DNA of 64,000 bases from Alphaproteobacteria bacterium (lineage in GTDB: Bacteria; Pseudomonadota; Alphaproteobacteria; SP197). Shown here piece by piece: positions 31,058 to 42,439 of the stretch (positions within the stretch are counted from its first letter, which is position 1; each line of letters begins with the position of its first letter). The stretch covers positions 3,392,001 to 3,456,000 of the forward strand of contig OZ219747.1 in assembly GCA_964291265.2 (NCBI GenBank). The letters run 5' to 3'. The position numbers were made by a program, and so were the translations under genes. The notes beneath the pieces were generated by a model that was not told the DNA's origin, did not search any database, and worked only from the letters and a program-made list of their open reading frames with translations.

Positions 31058-31836
31058 GGGGCGCCTCGCGTACGCCGCCAGACTTCCAGCAGGCCGTGGA
31101 CGGTGATGTCGGGATCAAACCTGTCGATACTGTCGGTCGCCGCATCGAACAGGGGCGCCAGACCGCCGGTCGCCACCACCTTCATCGGTTTGCCGTATTC
31201 GGCGCGGATTCGGCCGACGACGCCTTCGATGAGGCTGACGTAGCCCCAGTAGGCGCCCGATTGCATGCAACTGACGGTGTTCGTGCCGATGACCCGCTGC
31301 GGCCGGTCAATGCCAATTCTCGGCAGGCGGGCAGAAATCCGGTGCATGGCGTCAAGAGCAAGGTTGACCCCGGGAGCGAAGACGCCTCCGGCGAATCCGC
31401 CATCCTCATCGACGACGTCAAACGTGGTCGCGGTGCCGAAGTCGATGACGATCAGAGGCCCGCCCTGACGCGTCCAGGCGCCGACCGCGTTCGCCAGACG
31501 GTCCGCCCCCACCTCGTCCGGCATGTCGATCCTGAGCGGGATGCCGAGGCGCGCCGATTCTCCCACCACAACCGGTTCGCAGTGGTGATGACGGCGACAC
31601 AGGAGCTTGAGTTCATGAAGGCCATGAGGGACGACGCTTGCGATCACCGCGTCACCGATGGCGCCGGCATCGAGGCCTTTCAGGCTCAGCAGGTGATGCA
31701 GCCACACGGCGTGTTCATCGGCAGTACGGCCGGTGTCGGCGCTGACCCGCCACTGTCCCACGAGATCATCTCCCCGGAAAACGGCAAACACCGTGTTCGT
31801 GTTGCCTGCATCGATGGCGAGAAGCAGGTCCTTCAA
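31054..31836 (-). CDS. coaX: Type III pantothenate kinase
   Basis: AIDAGNTN, VGADR, IDFGTATTFD; TTG start. Confidence 0.95.
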   Translation of the reverse strand: MKDLLLAIDAGNTNTVFAVFRGDDLVGQWRVSADTGRTADEHAVWLHHLLSLKGLDAGAIGDAVIASVVPHGLHELKLLCRRHHHCEPVVVGESARLGIPLRIDMPDEVGADRLANAVGAWTRQGGPLIVIDFGTATTFDVVDEDGGFAGGVFAPGVNLALDAMHRISARLPRIGIDRPQRVIGTNTVSCMQSGAYWGYVSLIEGVVGRIRAEYGKPMKVVATGGLAPLFDAATDSIDRFDPDITVHGLLEVWRRTRGAP

Positions 31837-31866
31837 GGCCGTGTCTCCGGCGCCGCTCGATCCGCA

Positions 31867-32362
31867 CCCTTCCCCGACCGCCGGTGCATGGCTGGCGCCA
31901 TGCGCAGGGTCCCGGACACCACCCGCATGTGACGGCCGCCCGACTCCATGATCAACGCCCCGTCATGAGCGAGTCCCACAACGCGGCCCTCCCTTCTCCG
32001 ACCGCCGGTGCATGGCTGGCGCCATGCGCAGGGTCCCGGACACCACCCGCATGTGACGGCCGCCCGACTCCATGATCAACGCCCCGTCATGAGCGAGTCC
32101 CACAACCCGGCCCTCCCTTCTCCGACCGCCGGTGCATGGCTGGCGCCATGCGCAGGGTCCCGGACACCACCCGTATGTGACGACCGCCCGACTCCATGAT
32201 CAACGCCCCGTCATGAGCGAGTCCCACAACCCGGCCCTCCCTTCTCCGACCGCCGGTGCATGGCTGGCGCCATGCGCAGGGTTCCGGACACCACCCGCAT
32301 GTGACGGCCGCCCGACTCCATGATCAACGCTCCGTCATGGGCGAGTCCGACAACCCGGCCCT
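31867..32362. repeat. 4 x 124-bp tandem repeat of the birA 3' end
   Basis: Units start at 31867, 31991, 32115, 32239; 8 variable sites in total. Confidence 0.97.
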
Positions 32363-32990
32363 GCGTGTCGATGTCTCCGCTGACAAGGGCATGGGCGCCG
32401 ATGCCGGCAGCACGGTCGAGCCAGGCGCGGCGATGGGAATAGAAACCGGAACTCTCCCAGTCCGTCACCCGGTCCTTCAGACGACGGCAGAGCGCGGCAA
32501 GAAGGAGATCGCGGTCCACTCCTCGAGCTCCCTCGCTTGCCAGATCCGTGGTGACGACATCCCTGATGGCGGGGTGGCTGACCAGATTGACGCCGATTCC
32601 GGCAATCACTGCGCTGCCAGCCGTCTCCACCAGGATCCCGGCCACCTTGGCGTCGTTCAGCAGGATGTCATTGGGCCACTTGCAGCGTGCCGGAGCAAGG
32701 TCCGGCGCCGCCGCCTCGATGGACTCGGCGACAGCCACGCCGGTGATGAGGGAGACTTGCGGGAGATCGCGGGGCGCAACGCGGGGCCTGAGAACGAAGG
32801 AGGTGTAGGAGTTGCCCGGAGGCGACACGAATTCCCGTCCCCTGCGGCCGCGTCCACTCGTCTGGACGCGCGCCCGAACCACGGTCCAGGCCGCGGCTCC
32901 GGACTCTGCCAGGGCGATGGCGACGTCATTGGTGCTCGTCACCTCGTCGCGTTCGACCAGGTGGAAGGGCGGGGGCAGCCTGGTGTTCAT
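32211..32990 (-). CDS. birA: Biotin--[acetyl-CoA-carboxylase] ligase
   Basis: STND, QTSGRGRRGR, KWPNDI, KVAGIL; C-terminus altered by the repeat. Confidence 0.94.
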   Translation of the reverse strand: MNTRLPPPFHLVERDEVTSTNDVAIALAESGAAAWTVVRARVQTSGRGRRGREFVSPPGNSYTSFVLRPRVAPRDLPQVSLITGVAVAESIEAAAPDLAPARCKWPNDILLNDAKVAGILVETAGSAVIAGIGVNLVSHPAIRDVVTTDLASEGARGVDRDLLLAALCRRLKDRVTDWESSGFYSHRRAWLDRAAGIGAHALVSGDIDTQGRVVGLAHDGALIMESGGRHMRVVSGTLRMAPAMHRRSEKGGPGCGTRS

Positions 32991-34453
32991 GGACCCGGCA
33001 GGCTCACGCCGGCGACCAGGGTGGCGGCGGCATTCCGGGCACTGTCGAGAAGGGGATCGGAAAACAGGAAGAAACCGACCGTGAGGACCGCCGTCACGGC
33101 AATCACGGGCACCAGGTCGCGACCCACCGGACGGTCGAAGACATCCGCCGGTTCATCGAAATACATGATCTTGACGATCCTGATGTAGTAGAAGGCGCCC
33201 ACCACGCTCATCAGGACTCCGATCACGACCAGCGTGTAGAGGCCGGCGTCAACGGCCGCCAGGAAGACATGGAACTTGCCGAAGAAACCGGCGAGTGGCG
33301 GGATGCCGGCCATGGAAAACATGAAGACGGCCAGGGCCAGAGCCAGGGCCGGTTGGCTGCGCGACAGCCCGGCGAGATCACCGATTCCCTCCACCATGGC
33401 CCCATCACGGCGCATGGCAAGGATACAGCCCCAGGTGCCCAGGCTCATGACCAGATAGATGGCGAGATAGACGGCGACGCCGTGAACCCCGGCTTCGTTC
33501 CCTGCCGCAAGGCCGATCAGGGCGAAACCGGCATGGCCGATGGAACTGTAGGCCATCAGCCGCTTGATGTTGCGCTGGCCGATGGCGCCCAGCGCGCCAA
33601 GCGCCATGGACCCCACCGAAAGAAGGAAGACGATCTGCTGCCAGTGATCGACGAGGGCGGCGAAGGGATCGATGAGCACCCGGACCAGAAGCGCCATGGC
33701 CGCCACCTTCGGCGCCGCCGAGAAAAAGGCGGCAACCGGTGTGGGCGCCCCCTCGTAGACATCGGGAGTCCACATGTGGAAGGGCACGGCGGATATCTTG
33801 AAGGCGAGGCCGGCGGCCATGAAGACGGCGCCGACAAGAATGCCGGTGGCCTCGCGGCCATCCGCGAGAGACACGACAATTCCCTGGAAGGATGTCGTGC
33901 CCGAGAATCCGTAGACCAGGGAACAGCCATAGAGCAGCATGCCGGAGGCGACGGCGCCCAGCACGAAGTACTTGAGGCCGGCCTCGGTGGAGCGCAGCTT
34001 GTCCTGCTGGAATGCCGCGCACACATAGAGCGCCAGGCTCTGCATTTCAAGACCGACATAGAGTGTCATGAGGTCGCTGGCCTGGACCATCAGGTACATG
34101 CCGAGCGTGGCCAGGACCACGAGGACCGGCAGCTCGAAACGTTCCATGGACTCCCGGCGCATGAATCCCCGGGCCATGATCAGGGCCAGCACGGCGCCCG
34201 TCAGCACCAGGACGGTCATGAACCGCCCGAAGGCATCGATGACGAGAAGACCGCCGAAGGGCCGCTCGCCGACGGGCGACATGACGGCCAGGATTGCCGC
34301 TGTCACAAGGGAGGTCACGGCTCCCCAGAAGACAATGTGGGATGCGTTCCTGGAGACGAAGACGCCGACCATGAGAAACGCCATGCCGGCGACGGCAAGC
34401 ACGAGCGCCGGCAGGACGGCCAGCAGGTCCTGCGTGAGGAAGGGAGTCATCAT
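32987..34453 (-). CDS. nuoN: NADH-quinone oxidoreductase subunit N
   Basis: EAGLKYF, FKISAVPFHMWTPDVYEG. Confidence 0.96.
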   Translation of the reverse strand: MMTPFLTQDLLAVLPALVLAVAGMAFLMVGVFVSRNASHIVFWGAVTSLVTAAILAVMSPVGERPFGGLLVIDAFGRFMTVLVLTGAVLALIMARGFMRRESMERFELPVLVVLATLGMYLMVQASDLMTLYVGLEMQSLALYVCAAFQQDKLRSTEAGLKYFVLGAVASGMLLYGCSLVYGFSGTTSFQGIVVSLADGREATGILVGAVFMAAGLAFKISAVPFHMWTPDVYEGAPTPVAAFFSAAPKVAAMALLVRVLIDPFAALVDHWQQIVFLLSVGSMALGALGAIGQRNIKRLMAYSSIGHAGFALIGLAAGNEAGVHGVAVYLAIYLVMSLGTWGCILAMRRDGAMVEGIGDLAGLSRSQPALALALAVFMFSMAGIPPLAGFFGKFHVFLAAVDAGLYTLVVIGVLMSVVGAFYYIRIVKIMYFDEPADVFDRPVGRDLVPVIAVTAVLTVGFFLFSDPLLDSARNAAATLVAGVSLPGP

Positions 34454-35967
34454 CCGCCGTCTGCCGTGGCGAAGGACACCGCTTCGTTCGCTGCCGCGGT
34501 CTGTTCGACGAGGTTGGCGACCGAGGCGTGCATGGCGTCGAGCAGTGATTCCGGCCACACACCCATGATCAGCACGGCCGCCACCAGCGGTACGAAGAAC
34601 AGCATCTCGCGCCTGTTGCAGTCGCTGATCGACTTCAGTTCCGTCTTCACGAGATCGCCGAACACGACGCGCCGGTAGAGCCACAGCATGTAGGCCGCAC
34701 CCAGCACGATCCCCGTGGTGGCCAGAAACGCCACCCAGGTGTTGGCCCGGAATGCGCCGACGAGAACCAGGAACTCACCGATGAATCCCGAGGTGCCGGG
34801 CAGGCCCACGGACGCCAGCATGAACACCATGAAGACCAGGGCATAGCGCGGCATGCGGTGAACGAGGCCGCCGTAGGTGGCGATCAGGCGGCTGTGCACC
34901 CTGTCATAGACGACGCCGACCACGAGAAAGAGAGCGGCCGAGACAACCCCGTGGGACAGCATCTGGAAGAGGCCGCCTTCGATTCCCTGCTGATTCATGG
35001 TGAAGAGCCCGATGGTCACGAAGCCCATGTGAGCCACCGAGGAATAGGCAATGAGCTTCTTCATGTCCTCCTGCATCAGCGCCACGAGGGAGGTGTAGAT
35101 GATGGCGACGATGGACAGGCAATAGACCAGCGGCGAGAAATAGACCGATGCCTCCGGCAGCATCGGCAGGGAAAACCTGAGAAACCCGTACGCTCCCATC
35201 TTGAGCAGGATGCCGGCGAGGATGACGGATCCCGCCGTCGGCGCCTCGACATGGGCATCCGGCAGCCACGTGTGGAACGGCCACATCGGCACCTTGACCG
35301 CGAACGAGGCGAACATGGCCAGCCACAGCCAGCGCTGCAGGTCCTCGTCGAATCTCCAGTCCATGAGATCGGGGATGCTGGTCGTGCCGGCCTCGAAGTA
35401 CATCGTCAGCACCGCCACCAGCAGCAACACCGAACCGGCGAGTGTGTAGAGAAAGAACTTGAATGCCGAGTAGACGCGCCGTGGCCCGCCCCAGATGCCG
35501 ATGATCAGGAACATCGGGATCAGCATCGCCTCGAAGAAGAGGTAGAAGAGAACGAAATCGAGGGCACAGAAGACTCCGATGATGAAGGCTTCCATGACCA
35601 GGAAGGCGATCATGTATTCCCTCACCCGAGTGCGGATGGAGTCCCACGAACAGAGAATGCAGACGGGCACCAGGAAGGCCGTCAGCACGATCAGGAGGAG
35701 GGAGATGCCGTCAACCCCAAGGTGATACTCGATACCGAACGCCGGAATCCACGGAGCCCTCTCGACAAACTGGAATTCCGACGTGGTGGTGTCGAAAGTG
35801 GCCCAGATGAGAAGCACGACAACGAGGACGACGAAGGACGTCCACAGGGCGACATAGCGCGTGTTGCGGGTCACCGCCTCGGCGTTGTCTCCGCGCGTCA
35901 GCAACACGAAGGCCGCACCGACCAGGGGCAGGAAGATGGCCAGGGAAAGAAGCGGCCACTGCGACAT
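34450..35967 (-). CDS. nuoM: NADH-quinone oxidoreductase subunit M
   Basis: HTWLPDAHVEAPT, KKLIAYSSVAHMG. Confidence 0.97.
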   Translation of the reverse strand: MSQWPLLSLAIFLPLVGAAFVLLTRGDNAEAVTRNTRYVALWTSFVVLVVVLLIWATFDTTTSEFQFVERAPWIPAFGIEYHLGVDGISLLLIVLTAFLVPVCILCSWDSIRTRVREYMIAFLVMEAFIIGVFCALDFVLFYLFFEAMLIPMFLIIGIWGGPRRVYSAFKFFLYTLAGSVLLLVAVLTMYFEAGTTSIPDLMDWRFDEDLQRWLWLAMFASFAVKVPMWPFHTWLPDAHVEAPTAGSVILAGILLKMGAYGFLRFSLPMLPEASVYFSPLVYCLSIVAIIYTSLVALMQEDMKKLIAYSSVAHMGFVTIGLFTMNQQGIEGGLFQMLSHGVVSAALFLVVGVVYDRVHSRLIATYGGLVHRMPRYALVFMVFMLASVGLPGTSGFIGEFLVLVGAFRANTWVAFLATTGIVLGAAYMLWLYRRVVFGDLVKTELKSISDCNRREMLFFVPLVAAVLIMGVWPESLLDAMHASVANLVEQTAAANEAVSFATADGG

Positions 35968-35972
35968 CGATC

Positions 35973-37913
35973 CTAACCCCAGACCCTGAAGAGAAACCAG
36001 CTGGCCAGCACGACGAGGCCGATCAGCATGGCAAAGGCGTAGTGATAGAGATAGCCCGACTGCAGGATCCTGGCACGGCGCGCCAGGGAGAGTGTGGCGC
36101 CGGCAACTCCGTCAGGGCCCAGGCCATCGATCACGTCGCCATCTCCCGACTTCCACAGTCCCAGACCGATCCGTTTTGCCGGCCGCACCAGCAGGGCTTC
36201 GTAGATCTCGTCGAAATACCACTTGTTGAGAAGAAAGCGGTGGCTGCGAGAGAAACGGGAGGCAAGGCGCCCCGGCAGGGTCGGCCTCTTCACATAGGCC
36301 CACCAGGCGGCCGCGATCCCTCCTGTCGCCACCACAAGGACCAGCGCCTTGATGACGAGGGGCGTGTCGCGGTGGGCCTTCTCGATGACGTTCTCGCCCA
36401 GCATCAGGATCGACGATCCGAAGAAGTCCGCGCCACCATGATCCACCATGTGTCCTCCCAGCACCGGCAGTCCGCCGACGAGGGCGCCTCCGGCGAGAAC
36501 CAGCAGCGGCGCCCACATGAGGCGCGGCGCCTCGTGTGCGTGCTCGAGCACCTCGGCTGTCATGCGAGGCCTGCCGTGGAATGTCATGATGATCAGGCGC
36601 CACGAATAGAGCGCCGTGAGAAAGGCAGCCCCAACGCCGATCCAGAAGGCATATCCAGCGGCGAAACCGTCGGTCACGAAGGCCGATTCGATGATGAGAT
36701 CCTTCGACCAGTAGCCGGCAAACACCGGGATGCCGGCGAGAGCAAGACTGCCGATCCACATGTAGGCGTAGGTCACGGGCATGCGGCGCCACAGTCCTCC
36801 CATCCGGCGCATGTCCTGTTCGCCGCCGACTGCGTGAATGACCGCACCGGATCCCAGGAACAGCAGGGCCTTGAAGAAGGCATGGGTGAAGAGATGGAAG
36901 AGCGCCACCGGGTAGGCTCCGAGGCCGCAGGCAAGGAACATGTAGCCGAGCTGGCTGCAGGTCGAATAGGCGATGACGCGCTTGATGTCATTCTGTACCA
37001 GGCCCACGGTCGCCGCGAAGAGGGCCGTTGAAGCGCCGACGATGGTCACCACCCACAGCGCCGTCGGAGCGAATTCGAACATGGGTGACAGGCGCACCAC
37101 CATGAACACGCCGGCCGTGACCATGGTGGCGGCGTGGATCAGGGCCGATACCGGGGTCGGCCCCTCCATGGCGTCGGGAAGCCAGGTATGCAGTGGCACC
37201 TGGGCCGATTTTCCCATGGCGCCAACGAACAGGAGCAGACAGAGCAGAGTCAGCGTGTCGACCTCCATCGACAGGAAGGCGAGCGATGTCCCCGCCACGT
37301 CGGGAACCGCAGCGAAGACGGCATCGAAGGCTACCGTGTCGAACACGAGGAAGACGCCCATGATGCCAAGCGCGAGGCCGAAATCCCCGATCCGGTTGAC
37401 AATGAAGGCCTTGATGGCCGCAGCGTTGGCGCTCGGTCTCCTGTACCAGAATCCGATCAGCAGGTAGCTGCAGACACCGACTCCCTCCCAGCCGAAGAAC
37501 ATCTGCACGAAGTTGTCGGCCGTCACCAGCATCAGCATGGCGAACGTGAAGAGGGAGAGATAGGCGAAGAACCGCGGCCTGTGGGGATCGTGCGCCATGT
37601 AACCCAGGGAATAGACATGGACCACGGCCGACACCGTGGTCACCACGACCAGCATGACAGCGGTCACCTGATCAAGCGCAATCGCCCAGCTGACCTCGAA
37701 ACTGCCGGAGTCGATCCACGTGAAGAGATGCAGCGTGACATGTTCCGCGGAGCCCGTGAGCTGAAAGAAGACGATCCAGCAGAGGACAGCCGACGCCACC
37801 AGCAGCACCGACGCCAGAGGGGGCGCGACGCGGTCGCCCAGCCAGCGCCCGCAGAAGCCCGAGATCACGGCGCCCAACAAGGGCAGGAACACAGCGACAA
37901 CGGCGTGAAGCAC
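35973..37913 (-). CDS. nuoL: NADH-quinone oxidoreductase subunit L
   Basis: WLPDAMEGPTPVSALIHAATMV. Confidence 0.97.
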   Translation of the reverse strand: MLHAVVAVFLPLLGAVISGFCGRWLGDRVAPPLASVLLVASAVLCWIVFFQLTGSAEHVTLHLFTWIDSGSFEVSWAIALDQVTAVMLVVVTTVSAVVHVYSLGYMAHDPHRPRFFAYLSLFTFAMLMLVTADNFVQMFFGWEGVGVCSYLLIGFWYRRPSANAAAIKAFIVNRIGDFGLALGIMGVFLVFDTVAFDAVFAAVPDVAGTSLAFLSMEVDTLTLLCLLLFVGAMGKSAQVPLHTWLPDAMEGPTPVSALIHAATMVTAGVFMVVRLSPMFEFAPTALWVVTIVGASTALFAATVGLVQNDIKRVIAYSTCSQLGYMFLACGLGAYPVALFHLFTHAFFKALLFLGSGAVIHAVGGEQDMRRMGGLWRRMPVTYAYMWIGSLALAGIPVFAGYWSKDLIIESAFVTDGFAAGYAFWIGVGAAFLTALYSWRLIIMTFHGRPRMTAEVLEHAHEAPRLMWAPLLVLAGGALVGGLPVLGGHMVDHGGADFFGSSILMLGENVIEKAHRDTPLVIKALVLVVATGGIAAAWWAYVKRPTLPGRLASRFSRSHRFLLNKWYFDEIYEALLVRPAKRIGLGLWKSGDGDVIDGLGPDGVAGATLSLARRARILQSGYLYHYAFAMLIGLVVLASWFLFRVWG

Positions 37914-37919
37914 GGCTGA

Positions 37920-38228
37920 CTAACCCTTCATCGTCGAGATGTCTTCTACCGCGATGGAACTGCGGTTGCGGAAGAAGACAACGAGGATGGCCAGCCCGAT
38001 GGCCGCCTCGGCAGCGGCGACGGTCAGCACGAACATGGCGAAGACCTGCCCGACGAGATCACCGAGCTCGACGGAAAAGGCCACCAGATTGATGTTGACG
38101 GCAAGCAGCATCAGTTCCACGGACATCAGGATGATGATCACGTTCTTGCGGTTGAGGAATATGCCGAGGATTCCCAGGGTGAAGAGGATCGCCGCCAATG
38201 CCAGATAATGGTCAAGCCCGACAGCCAT
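37920..38228 (-). CDS. nuoK: NADH-quinone oxidoreductase subunit K
   Basis: [19 protein letters not shown]. Confidence 0.97.
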   Translation of the reverse strand: MAVGLDHYLALAAILFTLGILGIFLNRKNVIIILMSVELMLLAVNINLVAFSVELGDLVGQVFAMFVLTVAAAEAAIGLAILVVFFRNRSSIAVEDISTMKG

Positions 38229-38229
38229 G

Positions 38230-38853
38230 TCAGACCCCCTCCCCGCGCCGGGTGTCGCGGAGCCTGATCACGTCCTCGGGGCGTCGTCGGACCTGATCAC
38301 CGATTCGCTGACGCTTGATCGGACGATGACGCAAGGTCAGCACGATGGCTCCGATCATGGCGATGAGGAGAATGATGCCGGCAGCCTGGAAGAGAAGCGC
38401 ATAGCGGGTGTAGAGCACGTCGCCGAGGGCAGCTGTGTTGCTGCGCACCTCCAGGGGCGGCACGGGCTCTGCCAGTCCGCTTGCCATGGCCGGCTCGTAC
38501 TGCCACAGCCCGGCGACGATGACGAGTTCGACGAGCAGGACAAGGCCGACAAGGGCGCCGATGGGAAGATAGCCGAGAAAGCCCCGGCGCATCTCGGCAA
38601 GGTCGATATCGAGCATCATGACGACAAACAGGAAGAGAACGGCGACAGCGCCCACGTAGACGATGACCAGGATCATGGCCAGGAACTCGGCGCCCATGAG
38701 AACGAAGAGGGCCGCCGCACTGAAGAATGCCAGGATCAGGCAGAGCACGGAGTGCACGGGGTTGCGCGCCACGATCACGACAATGGCCGAAACCAGCAGA
38801 ACGGCGGCGAAGAGGTAGAACGCGAGTGTCTGGAGAATCATGGCGCCTGTCAC
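38230..38853 (-). CDS. nuoJ: NADH-quinone oxidoreductase subunit J
   Basis: [24 protein letters not shown]. Confidence 0.96.
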   Translation of the reverse strand: MTGAMILQTLAFYLFAAVLLVSAIVVIVARNPVHSVLCLILAFFSAAALFVLMGAEFLAMILVIVYVGAVAVLFLFVVMMLDIDLAEMRRGFLGYLPIGALVGLVLLVELVIVAGLWQYEPAMASGLAEPVPPLEVRSNTAALGDVLYTRYALLFQAAGIILLIAMIGAIVLTLRHRPIKRQRIGDQVRRRPEDVIRLRDTRRGEGV

Positions 38854-39338
38854 CTGTAGGGGGCGTCCGCGGCAAGCCGCGCCGCGATTTCCTTCTCCCA
38901 GCGGTCACCGTTGGCGAGAAGCCGTTCCTTGTCATAGAAAAGCTCCTCGCGGGTTTCCGTGGCGAACTCGAAGTTCGGCCCCTCGACGATGGCATCCACC
39001 GGACAGGCTTCCTCGCAGAACCCGCAATAGATGCACTTCGTCATGTCGATGTCATAGCGTGTGGTGCGGCGACTGCCATCCTCGCGCGGCTCCGCCTCGA
39101 TGGTGATCGCCTGGGCCGGGCAGACGGCCTCGCACAGTTTGCAGGCGATGCAGCGCTCTTCGCCGTTGGCATAGCGCCGCAAGGCATGCTCCCCGCGGAA
39201 ACGGGGCGACAATGGTCCCTTCTCGAAGGGATAGTTGATGGTCGCCCGTCTCCGGAAGAGGTAGCTGAATGTCCTCATCATGCCGGCAACAAGCTCCGTG
39301 AGCAGTACTGTGCGAATCACGCGACGGAACATGGTCAT
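38850..39338 (-). CDS. nuoI: NADH-quinone oxidoreductase subunit I
   Basis: [24 protein letters not shown]. Confidence 0.97.
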   Translation of the reverse strand: MTMFRRVIRTVLLTELVAGMMRTFSYLFRRRATINYPFEKGPLSPRFRGEHALRRYANGEERCIACKLCEAVCPAQAITIEAEPREDGSRRTTRYDIDMTKCIYCGFCEEACPVDAIVEGPNFEFATETREELFYDKERLLANGDRWEKEIAARLAADAPYR

Positions 39339-39360
39339 CCGCCGTCCTCCTGACCGGGTA

Positions 39361-40389
39361 TCATCGTGGCAGCCATCCGAACACCTGCAGCGCACCCGCC
39401 ACCACCACGACCGCCGCCAGGGAAAGCGGCAGGAACACCTTCCACCCAAGGCGCATGAGCTGATCATATCGATAGCGCGGGAACGTTGCTCTCACCCAGA
39501 TGAAGAGGAAGAGCATGAGGGCCGTCTTGAGGAGGAACCACAGCGGCCCGGGAATCCAGTCCAGCCACGGACCCTCGAAGGGAGGCAGCCAACCGCCCAG
39601 AAAGAGCGTGGCAGCGAGCCCCGAAAGGAGGACCATGTTGGCGTATTCACCCATGAAGAACAGGGCGAATGTCATGGCCGAGTACTCGACATTGTAACCG
39701 GAAACGAGTTCCGACTCCGCCTCCGGCAGATCAAAGGGTGCGCGGTTCGTCTCCGCCAGTGCCGAAATGAAGAAGATCACGAACAGCGGGAACAGGGGCA
39801 CGATGTACCATGACCAGAAACCACCGCTCTGGGAACGGACGATGTCGGCGAGGTTGAGCGAACCGACACACACCAGAACGGCGACGAGGACGAAACCGAT
39901 GGAGACCTCGTACGAGACCATCTGTGCCGCCGAACGCAGGGCTCCGAGGAAGGCGTAACGCGAATTCGAGGCCCAGCCTGCCATGATGACGCCATAGACA
40001 CCGAGCGACGAGACGGCAAAGAGATAGAGGATGCCGACATTGATGTCGGCGACGGCCCAGACTCCCGAAGCGCTCTCACCGAGGGGAATCACGGCCCATC
40101 CCACCATGGCGGTGACGAAGGTGACGATCGGCGCGAGGATGAAGATGACCCGGTTGGCGCCTGCAGGAATGATGGTTTCCTTCAGGAGCAGCTTTCCGGC
40201 ATCGGCAAAGGGCTGGAGCAATCCGAAGGGACCGACGATGTTCGGACCGCGACGCAGCTGCATCGCTGCCATGACCTTGCGTTCCGCATAGGTGAGAAAG
40301 GCAACGCTCACCAGGAGCGGAACCAGGATCGCCGCAATGGAGAGCAGCACCAGGACGAGGTGCCAGATCCACTCCGTGATCAGCTGCAT
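39361..40389 (-). CDS. nuoH: NADH-quinone oxidoreductase subunit H
   Basis: ERKV...[21 protein letters not shown]. Confidence 0.97.
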   Translation of the reverse strand: MQLITEWIWHLVLVLLSIAAILVPLLVSVAFLTYAERKVMAAMQLRRGPNIVGPFGLLQPFADAGKLLLKETIIPAGANRVIFILAPIVTFVTAMVGWAVIPLGESASGVWAVADINVGILYLFAVSSLGVYGVIMAGWASNSRYAFLGALRSAAQMVSYEVSIGFVLVAVLVCVGSLNLADIVRSQSGGFWSWYIVPLFPLFVIFFISALAETNRAPFDLPEAESELVSGYNVEYSAMTFALFFMGEYANMVLLSGLAATLFLGGWLPPFEGPWLDWIPGPLWFLLKTALMLFLFIWVRATFPRYRYDQLMRLGWKVFLPLSLAAVVVVAGALQVFGWLPR

Positions 40390-42434
40390 GACGTGCTCTG
40401 CCCCGCGCCGGGAAGAAAGGCATCCGTGGCAAGGCCCATAGTGGGAGAGGCGCGGCTGATCGTGCAGGTCCGATAGAAGTTGCCGACTGCCGGCAGAAAG
40501 GGATCGTCCGTCATCTCCCGGGTGGAGCCGAAGGACTGCCAGGGCGCCGGCGTGATCGTGTCAAGGGCGCCAAGATGCGGCACCTCCCCGGTCATGGCCC
40601 CGCGCAGGCTGTCAAGATCGTCAAAGGGCAGCGGCACACCGAGGTATCCGGAAAGCGCCCGCAGGATTCGCCAGTCCTCGCGGGCCTCACCGGGCGGGAA
40701 CACGGCACGCTGGGCACGCTGCGGCCGTCCCTCGAGATTGACGTAGGTGCCGTCCTTCTCCGTCCACGCCGCCGCCGGCAGGATGACATCGGCAACGGCG
40801 GCGCCCCGGTCGCCGTGATGGCCGATGTAGACGACGAAGGCGCCTCGAAGAACCGAGGTATCGATCTCGTCTGCACCCAGCAGGAAAACCGTATCCACTG
40901 CCGATCCCGCAGCGGCGAGCATGCCGGCGGTGTCGAGTCCACCACGTCCAGGAACAAACCCCAGGTCGAGACCGCCTACCCGCGATGCCGCCAGGTTGAG
41001 GACACCGAAACCGTTCCAGTCTTCCTGGACGGCGCCAAGCGCATCGGCAATGCGTGCCGCGGTGCCCAGTACCGCGTCTCCATCGTCTCGCGCCAGCGCG
41101 CCCTTGCCGACGATGACCAGCGGTTTGGCAGCGCCGACGAAGGGTGATTCGCCCGCCTCGATATGGCGCAGCGTGTCTGTCGCGTTGCCCAGTTCGGTCA
41201 CGGGATAGGAGTGATCATCCGCCGGTCCGGCACTGACAACGGAAAAGCCGCCAGCAAGCCAGCGCTTCCTCAGCCGGGCATTGACGATGGCCGCCTCGCG
41301 CCGAGGCAGCGTGCCGATCAGCAGACAGGCATCGGCGTCCTCGATACCGGCGATGGTGCTGTTGAAGAGCCAGGAGGCACGCACGTCCGGGTCGACGGCC
41401 ATGCTGTCCTGTCGGCAGTCCATGTGTGGAGACCCGATGGCTGTCATCATCCGCTTCATGGTGAACAGGGTCTCGCAATCGACAAGATCACCGGCAATCG
41501 TGGCGACACGCGCTGCATCGCGACTCTCGAGGCGGTGGGCAATCGCGCCCAGCGCCTGTTCCCAGGAAGCTTCCTCCAGTCCGCTCCCGCCTCGCACCCA
41601 GGGCCGGTCGAGCCGCCGCCGAAGAAGACCGTCGATGGCAAAGCGTGTCTTGTCCGAAATCCACTCCTCGTTGATGTCCTCGTGCAGGCGCGGCAGCACT
41701 CGCAGCACCTCCCGGCCTCTCGAATCAACGCGCACGTTGCTGCCCGTTGCATCCATGACGTCGACGGATTCCGTCGTCACGAGCTCCCAGGGCCGCGCCA
41801 CGAAGGCATAGGGCCCGGACGTAAGCGCTCCCACCGGACACAGATCGATGACGTTGCCTGAAAGCTCGCTTGCGATGCCCTCTTCGATGTAGTTCGTGAT
41901 CTCCATCGACTCGCCGCGACCGGTGGCCCCGAGGGCCGGAACACCGGCGACTTCGTCAAGAAATCGAATGCAGCGCGTACAGTGAATGCAACGGGTCATC
42001 GCCGTCTTGATCAGGGGGCCGAAGTCCTTCTCCCGGACCGATCGCTTCTGTTCACCGTAACGGCTGATCCCCGCGCCATACCCCATGGCCTGGTCCTGCA
42101 GGTCACACTCCCCTCCCTGATCGCAGATCGGGCAGTCGAGAGGGTGGTTGACAAGCAGGAACTCCATAGCGCTCCTTTGCGCCTTCCTCGCCACCGCACT
42201 CCTCGTGGAGACCACCATGCCGTCCATGAGCGACTGGGCGCACGATGCGACCGGCTTGGGCGCCTTCTCCACTTCGACAAGGCACATGCGGCAGTTGCCG
42301 GCAATCGACAACCTGTCGTGGAAACAGAAACGTGGAACTTCCGCGCCGGCCAGTTCACAGGCCTGCAGCAGGCTCAAGCGACGGTCGACATCGATCTCGA
42401 CGCCGTCGACCGTGATGGTGACCGTCTCCGCCAT
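40380..42434 (-). CDS. nuoG: NADH-quinone oxidoreductase subunit G
   Basis: [34 protein letters not shown]. Confidence 0.97.
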   Translation of the reverse strand: MAETVTITVDGVEIDVDRRLSLLQACELAGAEVPRFCFHDRLSIAGNCRMCLVEVEKAPKPVASCAQSLMDGMVVSTRSAVARKAQRSAMEFLLVNHPLDCPICDQGGECDLQDQAMGYGAGISRYGEQKRSVREKDFGPLIKTAMTRCIHCTRCIRFLDEVAGVPALGATGRGESMEITNYIEEGIASELSGNVIDLCPVGALTSGPYAFVARPWELVTTESVDVMDATGSNVRVDSRGREVLRVLPRLHEDINEEWISDKTRFAIDGLLRRRLDRPWVRGGSGLEEASWEQALGAIAHRLESRDAARVATIAGDLVDCETLFTMKRMMTAIGSPHMDCRQDSMAVDPDVRASWLFNSTIAGIEDADACLLIGTLPRREAAIVNARLRKRWLAGGFSVVSAGPADDHSYPVTELGNATDTLRHIEAGESPFVGAAKPLVIVGKGALARDDGDAVLGTAARIADALGAVQEDWNGFGVLNLAASRVGGLDLGFVPGRGGLDTAGMLAAAGSAVDTVFLLGADEIDTSVLRGAFVVYIGHHGDRGAAVADVILPAAAWTEKDGTYVNLEGRPQRAQRAVFPPGEAREDWRILRALSGYLGVPLPFDDLDSLRGAMTGEVPHLGALDTITPAPWQSFGSTREMTDDPFLPAVGNFYRTCTISRASPTMGLATDAFLPGAGQSTSCS

Positions 42435-42439
42435 GGTCG

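Noticed and set aside
31884-32323. Three plus-strand 63-aa ORFs (MHGWRHAQG...)
   Set aside because: Antisense by-products of the repeat; the substitution pattern follows the minus-strand birA frame
31867-32362. CRISPR array or DGR template/variable repeat
   Set aside because: No unique spacers, no cas or reverse transcriptase gene in the window, and differences are not adenine-specific
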